From a virus (Duplodnaviria; Caudoviricetes), in the IMG/VR virus record IMGVR_UViG_3300044708_000192, positions 1-36,989 of that record: DNA of 36,989 nt; one strand, 5' to 3'. The position numbers and the translations under genes were made by a program. Below, in pieces: positions 18,122 through 26,710 of the stretch. A model generated the notes under the pieces. That model made no database searches. It saw nothing but the letters and a program-made list of their open reading frames with translations, and was not told the origin of the DNA. Numbering within the stretch: position 1 is the stretch's first letter; every line of letters starts with the position of its first letter.

Positions 18122-18348
18122 AACGGCGGTTCGCCGTGCTCGCGCTCGTAGCGCGCCGCTTGCGCCTGCTGCTGCGCGTCGGTCGCCTTGCTCAGCGCCT
18201 GGATTGCGCGTGCGACGTTCTTGCTCGCTTCTTCGAGCAGGAAGGCGAGGTTCTGGAGCATCTCAGGGTCGTTGTCACTCAGATCGACCTGCCCGAGCGT
18301 GGAGAGGCTGATCGTCATGCCGGCGAATTGGAGCTCGGTCATTTTCAT
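18118..18348 (-). CDS. Hypothetical protein (76 aa)
   Basis: ATGA overlaps on both sides. Confidence 0.7.
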   Translation of the reverse strand: MKMTELQFAGMTISLSTLGQVDLSDNDPEMLQNLAFLLEEASKNVARAIQALSKATDAQQQAQAARYEREHGEPPF

Positions 18349-19031
18349 GCGTCCCTCGCTTTCATTTCGTCATAGACGCGAGTCGCCTCAATCAGCGCGC
18401 CGATCGCATCCGTATCCGCCTTCTCGATTGGCAGGCACGTTGTCTCCCTGGTGAGGTAGTGCCGCGCCGCCGCGACCACCGCCCGCGCCGCCTCCAGCTC
18501 GGCCAGCAGCGCCGCGCCGGCATCGCCGGTCTTTCCAAGTTTCACCTCCAAGTCTTCCGCCATTGCGGCGATCGGCGTGCTGATCTCACCAAAGGAGTCG
18601 AGGTGCGCGATCGCGCGCTGCACCAGGCCGCGCAACCATCCCGCATCGGCTTCAGCATGCCTGAGCTTCGCATCCTGATAGCCGATCGTTGTGTTCTGCT
18701 CGCCGATCTGGCGGCTGAGATCGGCCATGCGAGAGAGCAGCGCATCGGCCTGGGGGCGCACGGCCGCGACGGCAGCCCGCGCGTTCTTGCCATAGACCCG
18801 AAACACGCTGTAGAACGTCGGCTGCGCGCGGGCGAGCAGACTGTCGGGCGTGTAGGTTTCGATGAAGTCGGCGAGGGCCTCGCAGGCCTCGATGAGCGCC
18901 GCGCTTTGGGCCCGCGCCTCGTTCAACTCCGATCGCGCCTCGCTGAGATAGGCCCTGATAAGCGCCCGATCCGCGCGTAGTTCGGCGTTCTCGTTCATGA
19001 GCACATCGGCGGACTGTGCGTCGTGTTCCAT
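18345..19031 (-). CDS. Coiled-coil hypothetical protein (228 aa, MEHDAQ...)
   Basis: GAGGAG RBS before ATG 19031; heptad-like helices. Confidence 0.7.
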   Translation of the reverse strand: MEHDAQSADVLMNENAELRADRALIRAYLSEARSELNEARAQSAALIEACEALADFIETYTPDSLLARAQPTFYSVFRVYGKNARAAVAAVRPQADALLSRMADLSRQIGEQNTTIGYQDAKLRHAEADAGWLRGLVQRAIAHLDSFGEISTPIAAMAEDLEVKLGKTGDAGAALLAELEAARAVVAAARHYLTRETTCLPIEKADTDAIGALIEATRVYDEMKARDA

Positions 19032-19223
19032 CCCCCTTCTCCTCTCGCGCCGGCACACGCCGGCCGCGTCGATTGCGCCGGCGGCTGAGCGCGACGACCT
19101 CTTCATGCCAGAGCTTTCTCCCGTTCGGCAGCGTGTAGCGCGGAAATCCGCCATTGAGGCCGGATCCGCCGATATACTCAGCCAGGCCCAGCGGCGTGGC
19201 GTAGGCGAGACGAATATCGGCGG

Positions 19224-19451
19224 TCACAGCGCAACCTCATCGTCGATCCCGTGGGTTCCCGGCAGCAGTCCCGATCCATAGAGCGCCGGGTTGATACAGC
19301 GGCGGTGAAACCGCGCCTCGCGGTTCGTGTCCCTGTCGAAGAGCCGAATCGCCGGCGCATCGTCTTCCGTGATCAACTCCTCACACCACGAGCACAGGCA
19401 TGTGGGATCGCCGCAATCAGGGCTGCTGTTGAACCAGGTAATCGTGTTCAT
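19224..19451 (-). CDS. Small Cys/His (Zn-binding) protein
   Basis: CGDPTCLCSWC...FHRRC. Confidence 0.7.
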   Translation of the reverse strand: MNTITWFNSSPDCGDPTCLCSWCEELITEDDAPAIRLFDRDTNREARFHRRCINPALYGSGLLPGTHGIDDEVAL

Positions 19452-19744
19452 TCTTCACCTTCGTGTCGCGCCATATCGTGGTCGAACGCTTCGACACACG
19501 ACTCGCGCGCCATCCGCATATTCTCCTTCGGATAGCCGTGGCACACGTCTACGATCGGCGCACCCGACTCCAAACAGGCATCGCAGAGCACCGCCACCGC
19601 GCCATTGCTCGGCAGGCCGCACACAAAGCAGCCCCAGCCAAATCCCGGCGTCGGCGATCGGAACGGCAGCGTCATGATGTTGCGGACGGTGGGGCCGGCT
19701 TTCCGGCAGGCGCAGCACGCGCCCAGGTCGATATCGTCGCTCAT
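19448..19744 (-). CDS. Small Cys-rich (Zn-binding) protein
   Basis: CCAC...CFVC...CDAC; ATGA coupling. Confidence 0.75.
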   Translation of the reverse strand: MSDDIDLGACCACRKAGPTVRNIMTLPFRSPTPGFGWGCFVCGLPSNGAVAVLCDACLESGAPIVDVCHGYPKENMRMARESCVEAFDHDMARHEGEE

Positions 19745-20226
19745 GCGCTTTTCGCCTCCGTGCCGCGTTGCTTCTCGCGATACTGGCGAAACTGCTGGAG
19801 CAGCTGCGCCGCGCCGCGCTCGTCCAGATCGAGTGCGTCTCTAGCAAAGCCGATCAGTACTGCATCGCTCTCGCTCGCATCGGCGCTTTCCAGCAGCATC
19901 AGCGCCATTTCGCGCGCTTTGGCCGGGCTGCATTGCATCGGCGACATGCTGACTTCGACATTGACATACGGTTTCTGGCTGGCGTAGCCGTAGATGGACG
20001 ATACGCTAAACTCGCCGCGTCGATCGTCTTTGGTCACGATGACATCCATCACGGCCTGGCCGATCATCTGCCAAGAAACGTGCTCGGCACGGCTCAGTTG
20101 TTCCCAACTGGGCAGCTGGCCCGTCTCGCGCTGCCATTGTGTATATGCCGCTCTGCCCAACCGATCGCGGAGCGCGGCGGCGTGGTCGATCGGACTATCG
20201 GGAACTTTTCGACCTTTTTGTTTCAT
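19741..20226 (-). CDS. Hypothetical protein (161 aa, MKQKGRK...)
   Basis: AGGAG RBS and ATGA coupling at 20226. Confidence 0.7.
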   Translation of the reverse strand: MKQKGRKVPDSPIDHAAALRDRLGRAAYTQWQRETGQLPSWEQLSRAEHVSWQMIGQAVMDVIVTKDDRRGEFSVSSIYGYASQKPYVNVEVSMSPMQCSPAKAREMALMLLESADASESDAVLIGFARDALDLDERGAAQLLQQFRQYREKQRGTEAKSA

Positions 20227-20882
20227 GGCAGCTCCTGTGGAATAAGCGTGAGCGCCCGATCGCGCGCGGTCTCCAGTTCCCGGATCGCCGCTGGGCCGTC
20301 GAGCTGGGCCGACTCGAACAGGATCGGGTAACCACTGTCGATCGACGCCATAATCTCGCTGCGCAGCGCGGGCCGGCCCTCCCGATACCACTCCACCGCC
20401 GTCGGATCGCCGATCTTGAACAGGATGCCATTGTCGACTCGGATCACGCGGTAGGACTTCGTGACCCAGAGCAGCGAGACGCCGGGCTGGCGATCGATAC
20501 CGTAGCCGGCCGGCTCGCTCAGGCCCAAATCGTGCGGCAGATTGGCTGCGTTGCGCTTCGTCTCGCGCTGGTTAAGAAACGGGCAGGCGCGGATCGCAAA
20601 TTCGGCGCACTCCCGGTGACTGGGCGGCTCGCTGATCGTGCGATTGATCGCGCACATCGGGCCGATCGTAAAGGCTTTGTAACCGCCCAGCTTGCCGCCG
20701 CAGATCCAGCACAGCTGCTGCTGGATAGCCGGCTTGAACTTGCGGCTGTCCACGATGCGAAAGTCCCAATGTCCATCGATGTGTTCGCAGAACCAGGGCA
20801 CCGGGTAGCCGCGCTCGATCGGACGGCGCGTGAGCCGCTGTGGGATCGGCGGCAGTCCAGGGCGGTAGGGTGATTCAGTCAC
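20223..20882 (-). CDS. Phage hypothetical Zn-binding protein (219 aa)
   Basis: GYPVPWF, LCWICG and EPPSHRECAEFAIRACPFL motifs; GTGA coupling. Confidence 0.75.
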   Translation of the reverse strand: MTESPYRPGLPPIPQRLTRRPIERGYPVPWFCEHIDGHWDFRIVDSRKFKPAIQQQLCWICGGKLGGYKAFTIGPMCAINRTISEPPSHRECAEFAIRACPFLNQRETKRNAANLPHDLGLSEPAGYGIDRQPGVSLLWVTKSYRVIRVDNGILFKIGDPTAVEWYREGRPALRSEIMASIDSGYPILFESAQLDGPAAIRELETARDRALTLIPQELP

Positions 20883-21112
20883 GGCAACAGCTCTTTCTCC
20901 AGGCACCTGGTACAGATTGTATGGCTCGCGTTCGCCCACGCGCACCCATCTGGGCAGCCAAAGATTTCGGTACAACCGCACAGGCGGCACATGTCCTCGT
21001 CGGGATGCACCTCATAGGCCAGCGGCCACGCGCGGCCGTCCGCGCACACCAGGCGCAGCACGCGGGTAACGCCGGCGGACTGGCGGATGAGATGGGAGCG
21101 GGTTTCGGTCAT
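20879..21112 (-). CDS. Small Cys-rich protein (77 aa)
   Basis: CRLCGCT...CPDGCAW...CTRC; AAGGAG RBS. Confidence 0.75.
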   Translation of the reverse strand: MTETRSHLIRQSAGVTRVLRLVCADGRAWPLAYEVHPDEDMCRLCGCTEIFGCPDGCAWANASHTICTRCLEKELLP

Positions 21113-21411
21113 TGGTCGGCTCCTTCGCGCCAGCGGTAGGCAACGTAAAACCATTGCACACCATCCGCCGTGCGCTGGCCTTGTTCCTCCAGCGGAAAGC
21201 GGATCGCGTTCGCGGGGATGCCGCACTGCTCTTTGAAGGTGATCAGCTCGCGATCGCCGACGCGCTTCTTTTGCCGCGCGATCGTGAGGGTCACAACCCC
21301 CTGCTGAACCCTCACGACCAGCCGCGCGCCGCCTGAGAGATTCAGCGGGCGATCCGTCCCAGTGCGCGCCGCCTGGAGCTTGGCTTCGTGAAAGAGGCTT
21401 GTCAGGCTCAC
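21109..21411 (-). CDS. Hypothetical protein (100 aa, VSLTSLFHEAK...)
   Basis: GTGA coupling with the upstream gene. Confidence 0.65.
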   Translation of the reverse strand: MSLTSLFHEAKLQAARTGTDRPLNLSGGARLVVRVQQGVVTLTIARQKKRVGDRELITFKEQCGIPANAIRFPLEEQGQRTADGVQWFYVAYRWREGADQ

Positions 21412-21944
21412 AGCGCGCCTCGCAAACTCGCCAGCCAGCGCCGGCGCTGATTGAGCTTGTGGTTGTGATGGTAGATCTGGTGCTTCGCTCGCTGCCGCAT
21501 TCTCGCCTTCTCGCGCGACCAGGCCGGGATGTGCGGCCGATGCGCGCGGGCTTTGGCTTTCAGCAGCTCGCGCTTTTCCTGGTAGTACACGCGCTTCTTG
21601 TCGAGCAGCTCCGCCCGATGGGCCTGGTAGTACGCGCGATTGGCGGCGATCCGCTCCGCGTAGTGCGCGGCGTGGTAGGCGCGGCTTTCCTCGATCGCCT
21701 TTTCGTGATGCGCCGGGTCGGCGCGGTAGGCCTGGTTGTAGTCGTGCTGGCAGGTCTGGCACATGGCTGCGCCCGGCGTCCAGTCGGCCGATCCGTGTCG
21801 CCCTCTCGTGCACCAGCGCTGGCCGGCGCGTCTGAGCTCGTCATCGCACCAGGCGCAGATCTTCGATCGCTCTTTGGCGCGCGGAATGATCTTGCCCAGG
21901 CCGCCGCACTTCTGGCAGCGCCAGGGCTGTTTGGGTTTGGTCAC
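21408..21944 (-). CDS. Zn-finger plus basic helical-repeat protein (178 aa)
   Basis: CQKC, CAWC, CTRGRH and CQTC followed by (R/K)xYY helical repeats; GGAGG RBS. Confidence 0.7.
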   Translation of the reverse strand: MTKPKQPWRCQKCGGLGKIIPRAKERSKICAWCDDELRRAGQRWCTRGRHGSADWTPGAAMCQTCQHDYNQAYRADPAHHEKAIEESRAYHAAHYAERIAANRAYYQAHRAELLDKKRVYYQEKRELLKAKARAHRPHIPAWSREKARMRQRAKHQIYHHNHKLNQRRRWLASLRGAL

Positions 21945-22069
21945 AGCAGCACCTCCAGATCGCTCGTGCGCACCCAGCGCAGCATGCCGTGGTAGGCGAT
22001 CTGGCTGCGATCGCCTCTGGCCGCGTAGGCGACGATCGTGACCAGTTCGTTGCGATAGATCGCTTTCAT
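21941..22069 (-). CDS. Small 42-aa protein (MKAIYRNELVTIVAYAARGDRSQIAYHGMLRWVRTSDLEVLL) missed by the ORF track
   Basis: ATGA and GTGA overlaps fill the gap between the neighbouring genes exactly. Confidence 0.65.
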   Translation of the reverse strand: MKAIYRNELVTIVAYAARGDRSQIAYHGMLRWVRTSDLEVLL

Positions 22070-23046
22070 CGGCGCACCGCCGTGCGGTAGTCGGCCAGCG
22101 CGGCGAGCGCCTCCGCATCGGTGTCGCCGGCCCCGAGCCGGCCCTGCAGAAACATCGTGTCGCGCACCATGGCCTGGTGGTTCTCAGCCGTCCACGGCCC
22201 GAGCAGCCGGAGGGCGCGGTCGCGGATCGAGGGGCCGCCCTCTAGCGCCTGGCTGCTAGACAGCTGGTAGGCGGGATCGTCGGCGTACCGCGCCACATCA
22301 AGCGGGCGCTGGGGATCGGGCGGGGCGGCATGCAGCTGGCCGCGCCGGATGGTCGAGAAGAATGCGCCGGCGGTACACAGCTGGGCTTTGATGCGCGGGA
22401 GAAAATGCGCCCAGCTGGCGCGGATTTGTTCCGGGGTGAGATCGGGCCGGGCGGCCAGCGCATCGGCGATAATCACGTCGTCGGCGCCCAGCTCGGCGAG
22501 CAGCAGCGCGGCGGATCGATCACGCTCGGTGATCGTTTCGACGCTGCATGGTAATTTATATCTAGCAGCAGCAGACTCAGAGTCAGACTCTGCTGCTGCT
22601 ACTAAGACATGATCTTCCATGCGTGGCGCCGATCGATCACGGCCCGTGATCGATTCGTATTCCGCATCAGAGTGCGCTTCATCGCGATCACGCGGCGTGA
22701 TCGGCGCGGACTCTGCATCGTCCGCCTCATCGGCAATCCAGCGATCACACGGCGTGATCGATCCGCCGTTCGGATCTTCGAGGAGCGTGATCAGGCCGGT
22801 TGACGGATCGTAGGAGATCCAGCCATCGCTGGCAAGCTGATCGAGGAGCGGGCTAATCCGCCCGGCGCTGGCGTAGTTGGCCCAGGCGGCGAGTCGGCGC
22901 ACGCCTGGCCGGATGGTGCCGCCGACGCTGCAATGCGCGGCGATGGCATCTAAGATCAATTGGATCGGCGGCGTGCTGATGAACTCATAGGCTTTGAGCG
23001 GGCGCGCGCTACTTGTCAGCGTCGTAGGTTCGTGGTATCCTTCCAT
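22066..23046 (-). CDS. Replication initiator protein (N-terminal wHTH, internal iterons)
   Basis: 'IRPGVRRLAAWA...RISPLLDQLASDGWI' wHTH; low-complexity middle with four palindromic DNA repeats; helical C-terminal domain; AGGAG RBS. Confidence 0.75.
   Translation of the reverse strand: MEGYHEPTTLTSSARPLKAYEFISTPPIQLILDAIAAHCSVGGTIRPGVRRLAAWANYASAGRISPLLDQLASDGWISYDPSTGLITLLEDPNGGSITPCDRWIADEADDAESAPITPRDRDEAHSDAEYESITGRDRSAPRMEDHVLVAAAESDSESAAARYKLPCSVETITERDRSAALLLAELGADDVIIADALAARPDLTPEQIRASWAHFLPRIKAQLCTAGAFFSTIRRGQLHAAPPDPQRPLDVARYADDPAYQLSSSQALEGGPSIRDRALRLLGPWTAENHQAMVRDTMFLQGRLGAGDTDAEALAALADYRTAVRR
22517..22760. repeat. Putative replication origin: four CGATCAC-N5-GTGATCG iterons plus an AT-rich patch and 13-bp inverted repeat
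   Basis: Copies at 22517, 22634, 22685 and 22742; TAATTTATAT near 22552; TAGCAGCAGCAGA/TCTGCTGCTGCTA at 22563-22601. Confidence 0.8.
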
Positions 23047-23278
23047 CGGTTATCTCCTAGGGGGTTCAGATCGGCAGCCCGCGCCATGAACGCATTGGGC
23101 TGCCGATTGCTTTTCCAGGTCTTTGCCGGCGGTCGGGGCCGGCAGCGGGCGGCAGTCGGGGCCGGCTCATCGCGCCGATCGTGGGCGCGTCAGCACTTTG
23201 GACACTCATCATCCCCATACGGGCCGTGATCAGGGCAATCGTCGCCGGGCGCATCGCCGGGCGGCTCGTTGGTCGTCA

Positions 23279-23533
23279 TCATTCGGGCCACCCTTCTTCC
23301 GGCGGCGGCGCGAGCGTATCCGCCTCTTTCCAGAGGACGCGCAGCCATCCGGGCGGCTCGGCGACGCGCCGGCGATCCTCCAGCAGCCACAGTAGCTGGC
23401 GCATCGGATCGCTATGCGGCGTGTAATCGGGGAGTCCGGCGCCGCGGCAGTATGCTGCGTGGTAGATGTCATACAAGATATCGCTGCCGCCGCGTTCAAG
23501 GCGGTCAAGAAATACCGCTTCAAGCGTGGTCAT
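23279..23533 (-). CDS. Hypothetical protein (84 aa)
   Basis: AAGGAG RBS; in the early operon. Confidence 0.7.
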   Translation of the reverse strand: MTTLEAVFLDRLERGGSDILYDIYHAAYCRGAGLPDYTPHSDPMRQLLWLLEDRRRVAEPPGWLRVLWKEADTLAPPPEEGWPE

Positions 23534-23554
23534 TGGCTGTCTCCTTCTGTGCGC

Positions 23555-24292
23555 TTAGGCGGCCGCCAGATGGCCGTTCGTGTGACTCGCGTCGGCCGAC
23601 GCGACCACGCAGCGGATGCACAGCGCCGGATCTTTCAGCGACCGGGCGTGCGTCGACTCGTGGCAGTGGTCGCAGACCCAGGGTCGCTCACCCAGCGCGA
23701 TGGCGATCGGGGCGGCCGCGGCCGTCGTGTGTTCCGGGTGCGCGCGTTTGATGTGCGCGTCCAGGCCGATCGCCTTCGGCCGCGCCGCGCAGTACGGGCA
23801 TTTCTTTTGCCCGCCCGCCGACGTATGGCCAATCTCGCCGGCCACCCCATGCGCCCGTTTCTTATGGAGGCCTAGCCCGCGCGGCCGGACCCAGTCGAGG
23901 CAGCCGGGGTGGTCGCAGGGAATGCGGCCGTCGTCGTGCCGCAGCTGCGGAGGCGCGGGGGCAATCGCAGCGGCCGCGGCCATCGGCTCGGCTTTGGGCG
24001 AAACTGCGAACAGCTCCTCATAGGCGCTGAGGCGCGCGATCAGCTCGCTTACGTGGCAGTCGGCCTCAACCGATCGGCGCTCACTGGCGACTAAGAGCGC
24101 CGTCAGCTCAGCTATCCGCGCGTCGCGCTGGATCAGTGGCCAGGCGCTACTCACGCCGACCACGCTGCGCACGCCATTGTCCATTTTCACGATCTGGCGC
24201 GTTTCAAAGTAGTCCACGCCGCCGATCGTGGCGAGATACAGGCAGTCCAGATCGCGCACGTCGGGTGTTGTGGTAAGATGTTCCATGTCCAC
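23555..24292 (-). CDS. Coiled-coil protein with two C2H2-type zinc fingers and a C4 finger
   Basis: CDHPGC..GLGLHKKRAH, CPYC..GLDAHIKRAH and CDHC..CIRC. Confidence 0.8.
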   Translation of the reverse strand: MDMEHLTTTPDVRDLDCLYLATIGGVDYFETRQIVKMDNGVRSVVGVSSAWPLIQRDARIAELTALLVASERRSVEADCHVSELIARLSAYEELFAVSPKAEPMAAAAAIAPAPPQLRHDDGRIPCDHPGCLDWVRPRGLGLHKKRAHGVAGEIGHTSAGGQKKCPYCAARPKAIGLDAHIKRAHPEHTTAAAAPIAIALGERPWVCDHCHESTHARSLKDPALCIRCVVASADASHTNGHLAAA

Positions 24293-24504
24293 TCCATTTC
24301 TTCGGGGTGATGGGGTGGGGATTGCGTACGATCCCCACCCCGTTTTCGATGGTTTTCAGATCACCACTTCATGGATCCTCACTTTCTCGCAGGGCGCTCC
24401 ACCCCGCGCGGCTGGGCTGTACCAAGAAAAGTGCATCCCAATCGCCCGTCGTTGAACGTTATTGCCATGACAGAGATGCTGTCGTGGCAGGTGGGAGGAT
24501 TGTT

Positions 24505-25440
24505 GTGGGCGCTGTAGAGACAAAGCCAGGGATCGAAACACGGCTGGCCGTGTCGCCAGTCATCGCGGGCACGCTTGCAAGCTTTGCGATTGGATTGGCT
24601 GCGCGCAAGCTGAGTAGTCGCACGGTGGATACCTACGTGCGATCGATGAAGACCTTCATCGGCTGGTTGGGGGAAGATGCAACGATCGGACAAATCCAGG
24701 CCGATCGGCTGCTGGGCTACCAGATCCATCGGCGCCATCTGGACGCTGCGACGATCGGCAAGGATTTGTCAGCCATCAGAAGCTACTGCCGCTGGGCGAT
24801 CCGCGCCGGCCTACGCGCCGACGATCCGACGCTGGATTTCGTGTGGCCCAAACGTGGGCAGAGCCTGCCGCGCGTGCTGTCCTCTGATGAGCAGCGCACG
24901 CTGGAAAAGCTGCTGAGCAGGCCGCTGCCCATTCTGAACAAAGAAACGCGCTGGGTGCGCGCACGCGAGCGGCGCGGCATCTTGCTGATGCTCTACGCCG
25001 GGACGCGCCTGTCAGAAACCGTCAACGTCGCATGGGACGATGTCGATCTGGAGGCGCGACTGCTGCTTATTCGGTACGGCAAGGGGCGGAAGAGTCGCGC
25101 GGTCGGACTCCACGATCGGGTGGTCGCTGCGCTCGCGATGGTGCCACTCGATGAGCGCGTGGGCTATGTCGCCGGCGGGCGGCACGGCGACAAGATCAGC
25201 GGCAAGACCTTAGCGAAGATGTTTGAAGCGGGCGGCTGGGTGCGTGAGGCGGGACTACACATTTCGGCGCACGATCTGCGCCACACCTTCGCCACGCTGC
25301 TGCTGCGCGCGGGCGCGGACTTGCGGACGATTCAGCAGCTGCTTGGGCACACCTCGCTGGCGACAACGCAGATTTACTTATCCGTGGATATTCGCGATAA
25401 GCAAAAGGCGATCGACCTGCTGCCGAGCAGGCTCCTGTAA
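24505..25440 (+). CDS. Tyrosine recombinase/integrase, XerC/XerD-like (likely GTG start 24505, ~311 aa)
   Basis: Catalytic R (YAGTRLSE), K (GKGRKSR), HxxR (HDLRH), H (LLGH) and Y (TTQIY); GGGAGG RBS before GTG 24505; no arm-binding N-terminal domain evident. Confidence 0.93.
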   Translation: MGAVETKPGIETRLAVSPVIAGTLASFAIGLAARKLSSRTVDTYVRSMKTFIGWLGEDATIGQIQADRLLGYQIHRRHLDAATIGKDLSAIRSYCRWAIRAGLRADDPTLDFVWPKRGQSLPRVLSSDEQRTLEKLLSRPLPILNKETRWVRARERRGILLMLYAGTRLSETVNVAWDDVDLEARLLLIRYGKGRKSRAVGLHDRVVAALAMVPLDERVGYVAGGRHGDKISGKTLAKMFEAGGWVREAGLHISAHDLRHTFATLLLRAGADLRTIQQLLGHTSLATTQIYLSVDIRDKQKAIDLLPSRLL

Positions 25441-25464
25441 GCCTTTACACCGGTTTTGGGTCAC

Positions 25465-25506
25465 ATGGAGCGATCGAGTCGGTATCCCGTCTCTCGCTCC
25501 ATTTTT
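25465..25506 (+). terminator. Probable intrinsic terminator of the recombinase gene
   Basis: ATGGAGCGA/TCGCTCCAT stem followed by TTTT. Confidence 0.6.
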
Positions 25507-25829
25507 CGTGTAATTCGGCCTGACTCACGGGCGCGAATGCTGATTCTCGCTCGCGCTGCATCCGCTCCCATGGCCCATGCGGACGTTTGGCCGACACGGC
25601 CGGATTCGCACCCGCAGGGTCGTGCGACAGGCCATCGTAGATCGACCGCCGCCGGCGGGATGTTCCTGACAGAACATGCGGGCGAGTCCTGTCAGGGAAT
25701 CGGACAGTGCGACGATGTGTCGCACAGATTAGCTATTACAATAAGTTTATATTCGGTTGTCAACGTGCACGCTAGGTCGCTGGTCTTCAGCGCCATTCGT
25801 CGGATTAGTTCGGTTCGTGAAAGATAACG

Positions 25830-26579
25830 ATGCGCCGTTGGATCGTCCTGGGTATTGGCGCCGCGCTACTCTGCGCGGTTGTCGGCGTCGCGCTGGCCGC
25901 ACCGGATTGCACGACCGATCGCTGTGTCTATCTTCCCGTTGTGCGCATCCCGCCGCCAACGCCAGTGCCGCCGCCGATCAGCACGCTCGTTATCCAGCTC
26001 GCGGAGATGAAATCAGGGTATACGCAAGAAACCTTCAAAGAACTGACGAATGCCGACGCTGCGAAGAACTACGCAGACCCAAATGCCGCAGCATTAGCAT
26101 TCCAGCAACAGGGACGTGAAACAAGCTGGATTGCGGACTACACGTCACTTGACTATCGATACAGCGATGCCATTGTTGTTAGCAACCAGGTCTTTCGCTA
26201 CCTCACCATTGAGGGCGCATCACAAGGCTTTCAGTACACCATCGCGAAGATACTCAACGATCACCCTGACTATCGCCCGTTTAACATCAGTGCGCCATGC
26301 TGTCCAATCGTCGGGTTCCGCCGCACCTTCACGGACAGCGGCCATAACTATGACCAGTTCGACATCATCGTTCAGGCGGGTCGGTATGTCAGCGAAGTGC
26401 AGGTTATTGGTCTCACGGGGTATATCAGCGTCGATCGGGCGATTTACTATGCAAACATCCCGCTCGTCCACATCTTGAATACGCCGCAGGTGTTGCAGTC
26501 CGATGCGCCGCCATTGCCGCATGTTCAGCAATCACAGAAAGACGTAGCCCTGCCGCGCGACGCAGGTACAGCGCATTAA
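25830..26579 (+). CDS. Exported protein with signal peptide and VYLPVV motif (moron)
   Basis: Signal peptide MRRWIVLGIGAALLCAVVGVALA; CVYLPVVRIPPPTPVPPP; lower GC than the surroundings. Confidence 0.8.
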   Translation: MRRWIVLGIGAALLCAVVGVALAAPDCTTDRCVYLPVVRIPPPTPVPPPISTLVIQLAEMKSGYTQETFKELTNADAAKNYADPNAAALAFQQQGRETSWIADYTSLDYRYSDAIVVSNQVFRYLTIEGASQGFQYTIAKILNDHPDYRPFNISAPCCPIVGFRRTFTDSGHNYDQFDIIVQAGRYVSEVQVIGLTGYISVDRAIYYANIPLVHILNTPQVLQSDAPPLPHVQQSQKDVALPRDAGTAH

Positions 26580-26710
26580 CCTCACTTTCATAGATGGCCT
26601 AACTACTCTCTGAGCATGCTGCGAAGAGGATGGGATGGCCGGTCGGTTTCGCGGGTATCTTGGCGGATGGACGCGAAACCAGCAAAATAGACCACCTGGC
26701 CATGCAGTTG

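Noticed and set aside
24307-24504. N-terminal 66-aa extension of the recombinase in the ORF track
   Set aside because: It has no RBS and runs through hairpin-rich sequence, whereas a strong GGGAGG precedes GTG 24505.
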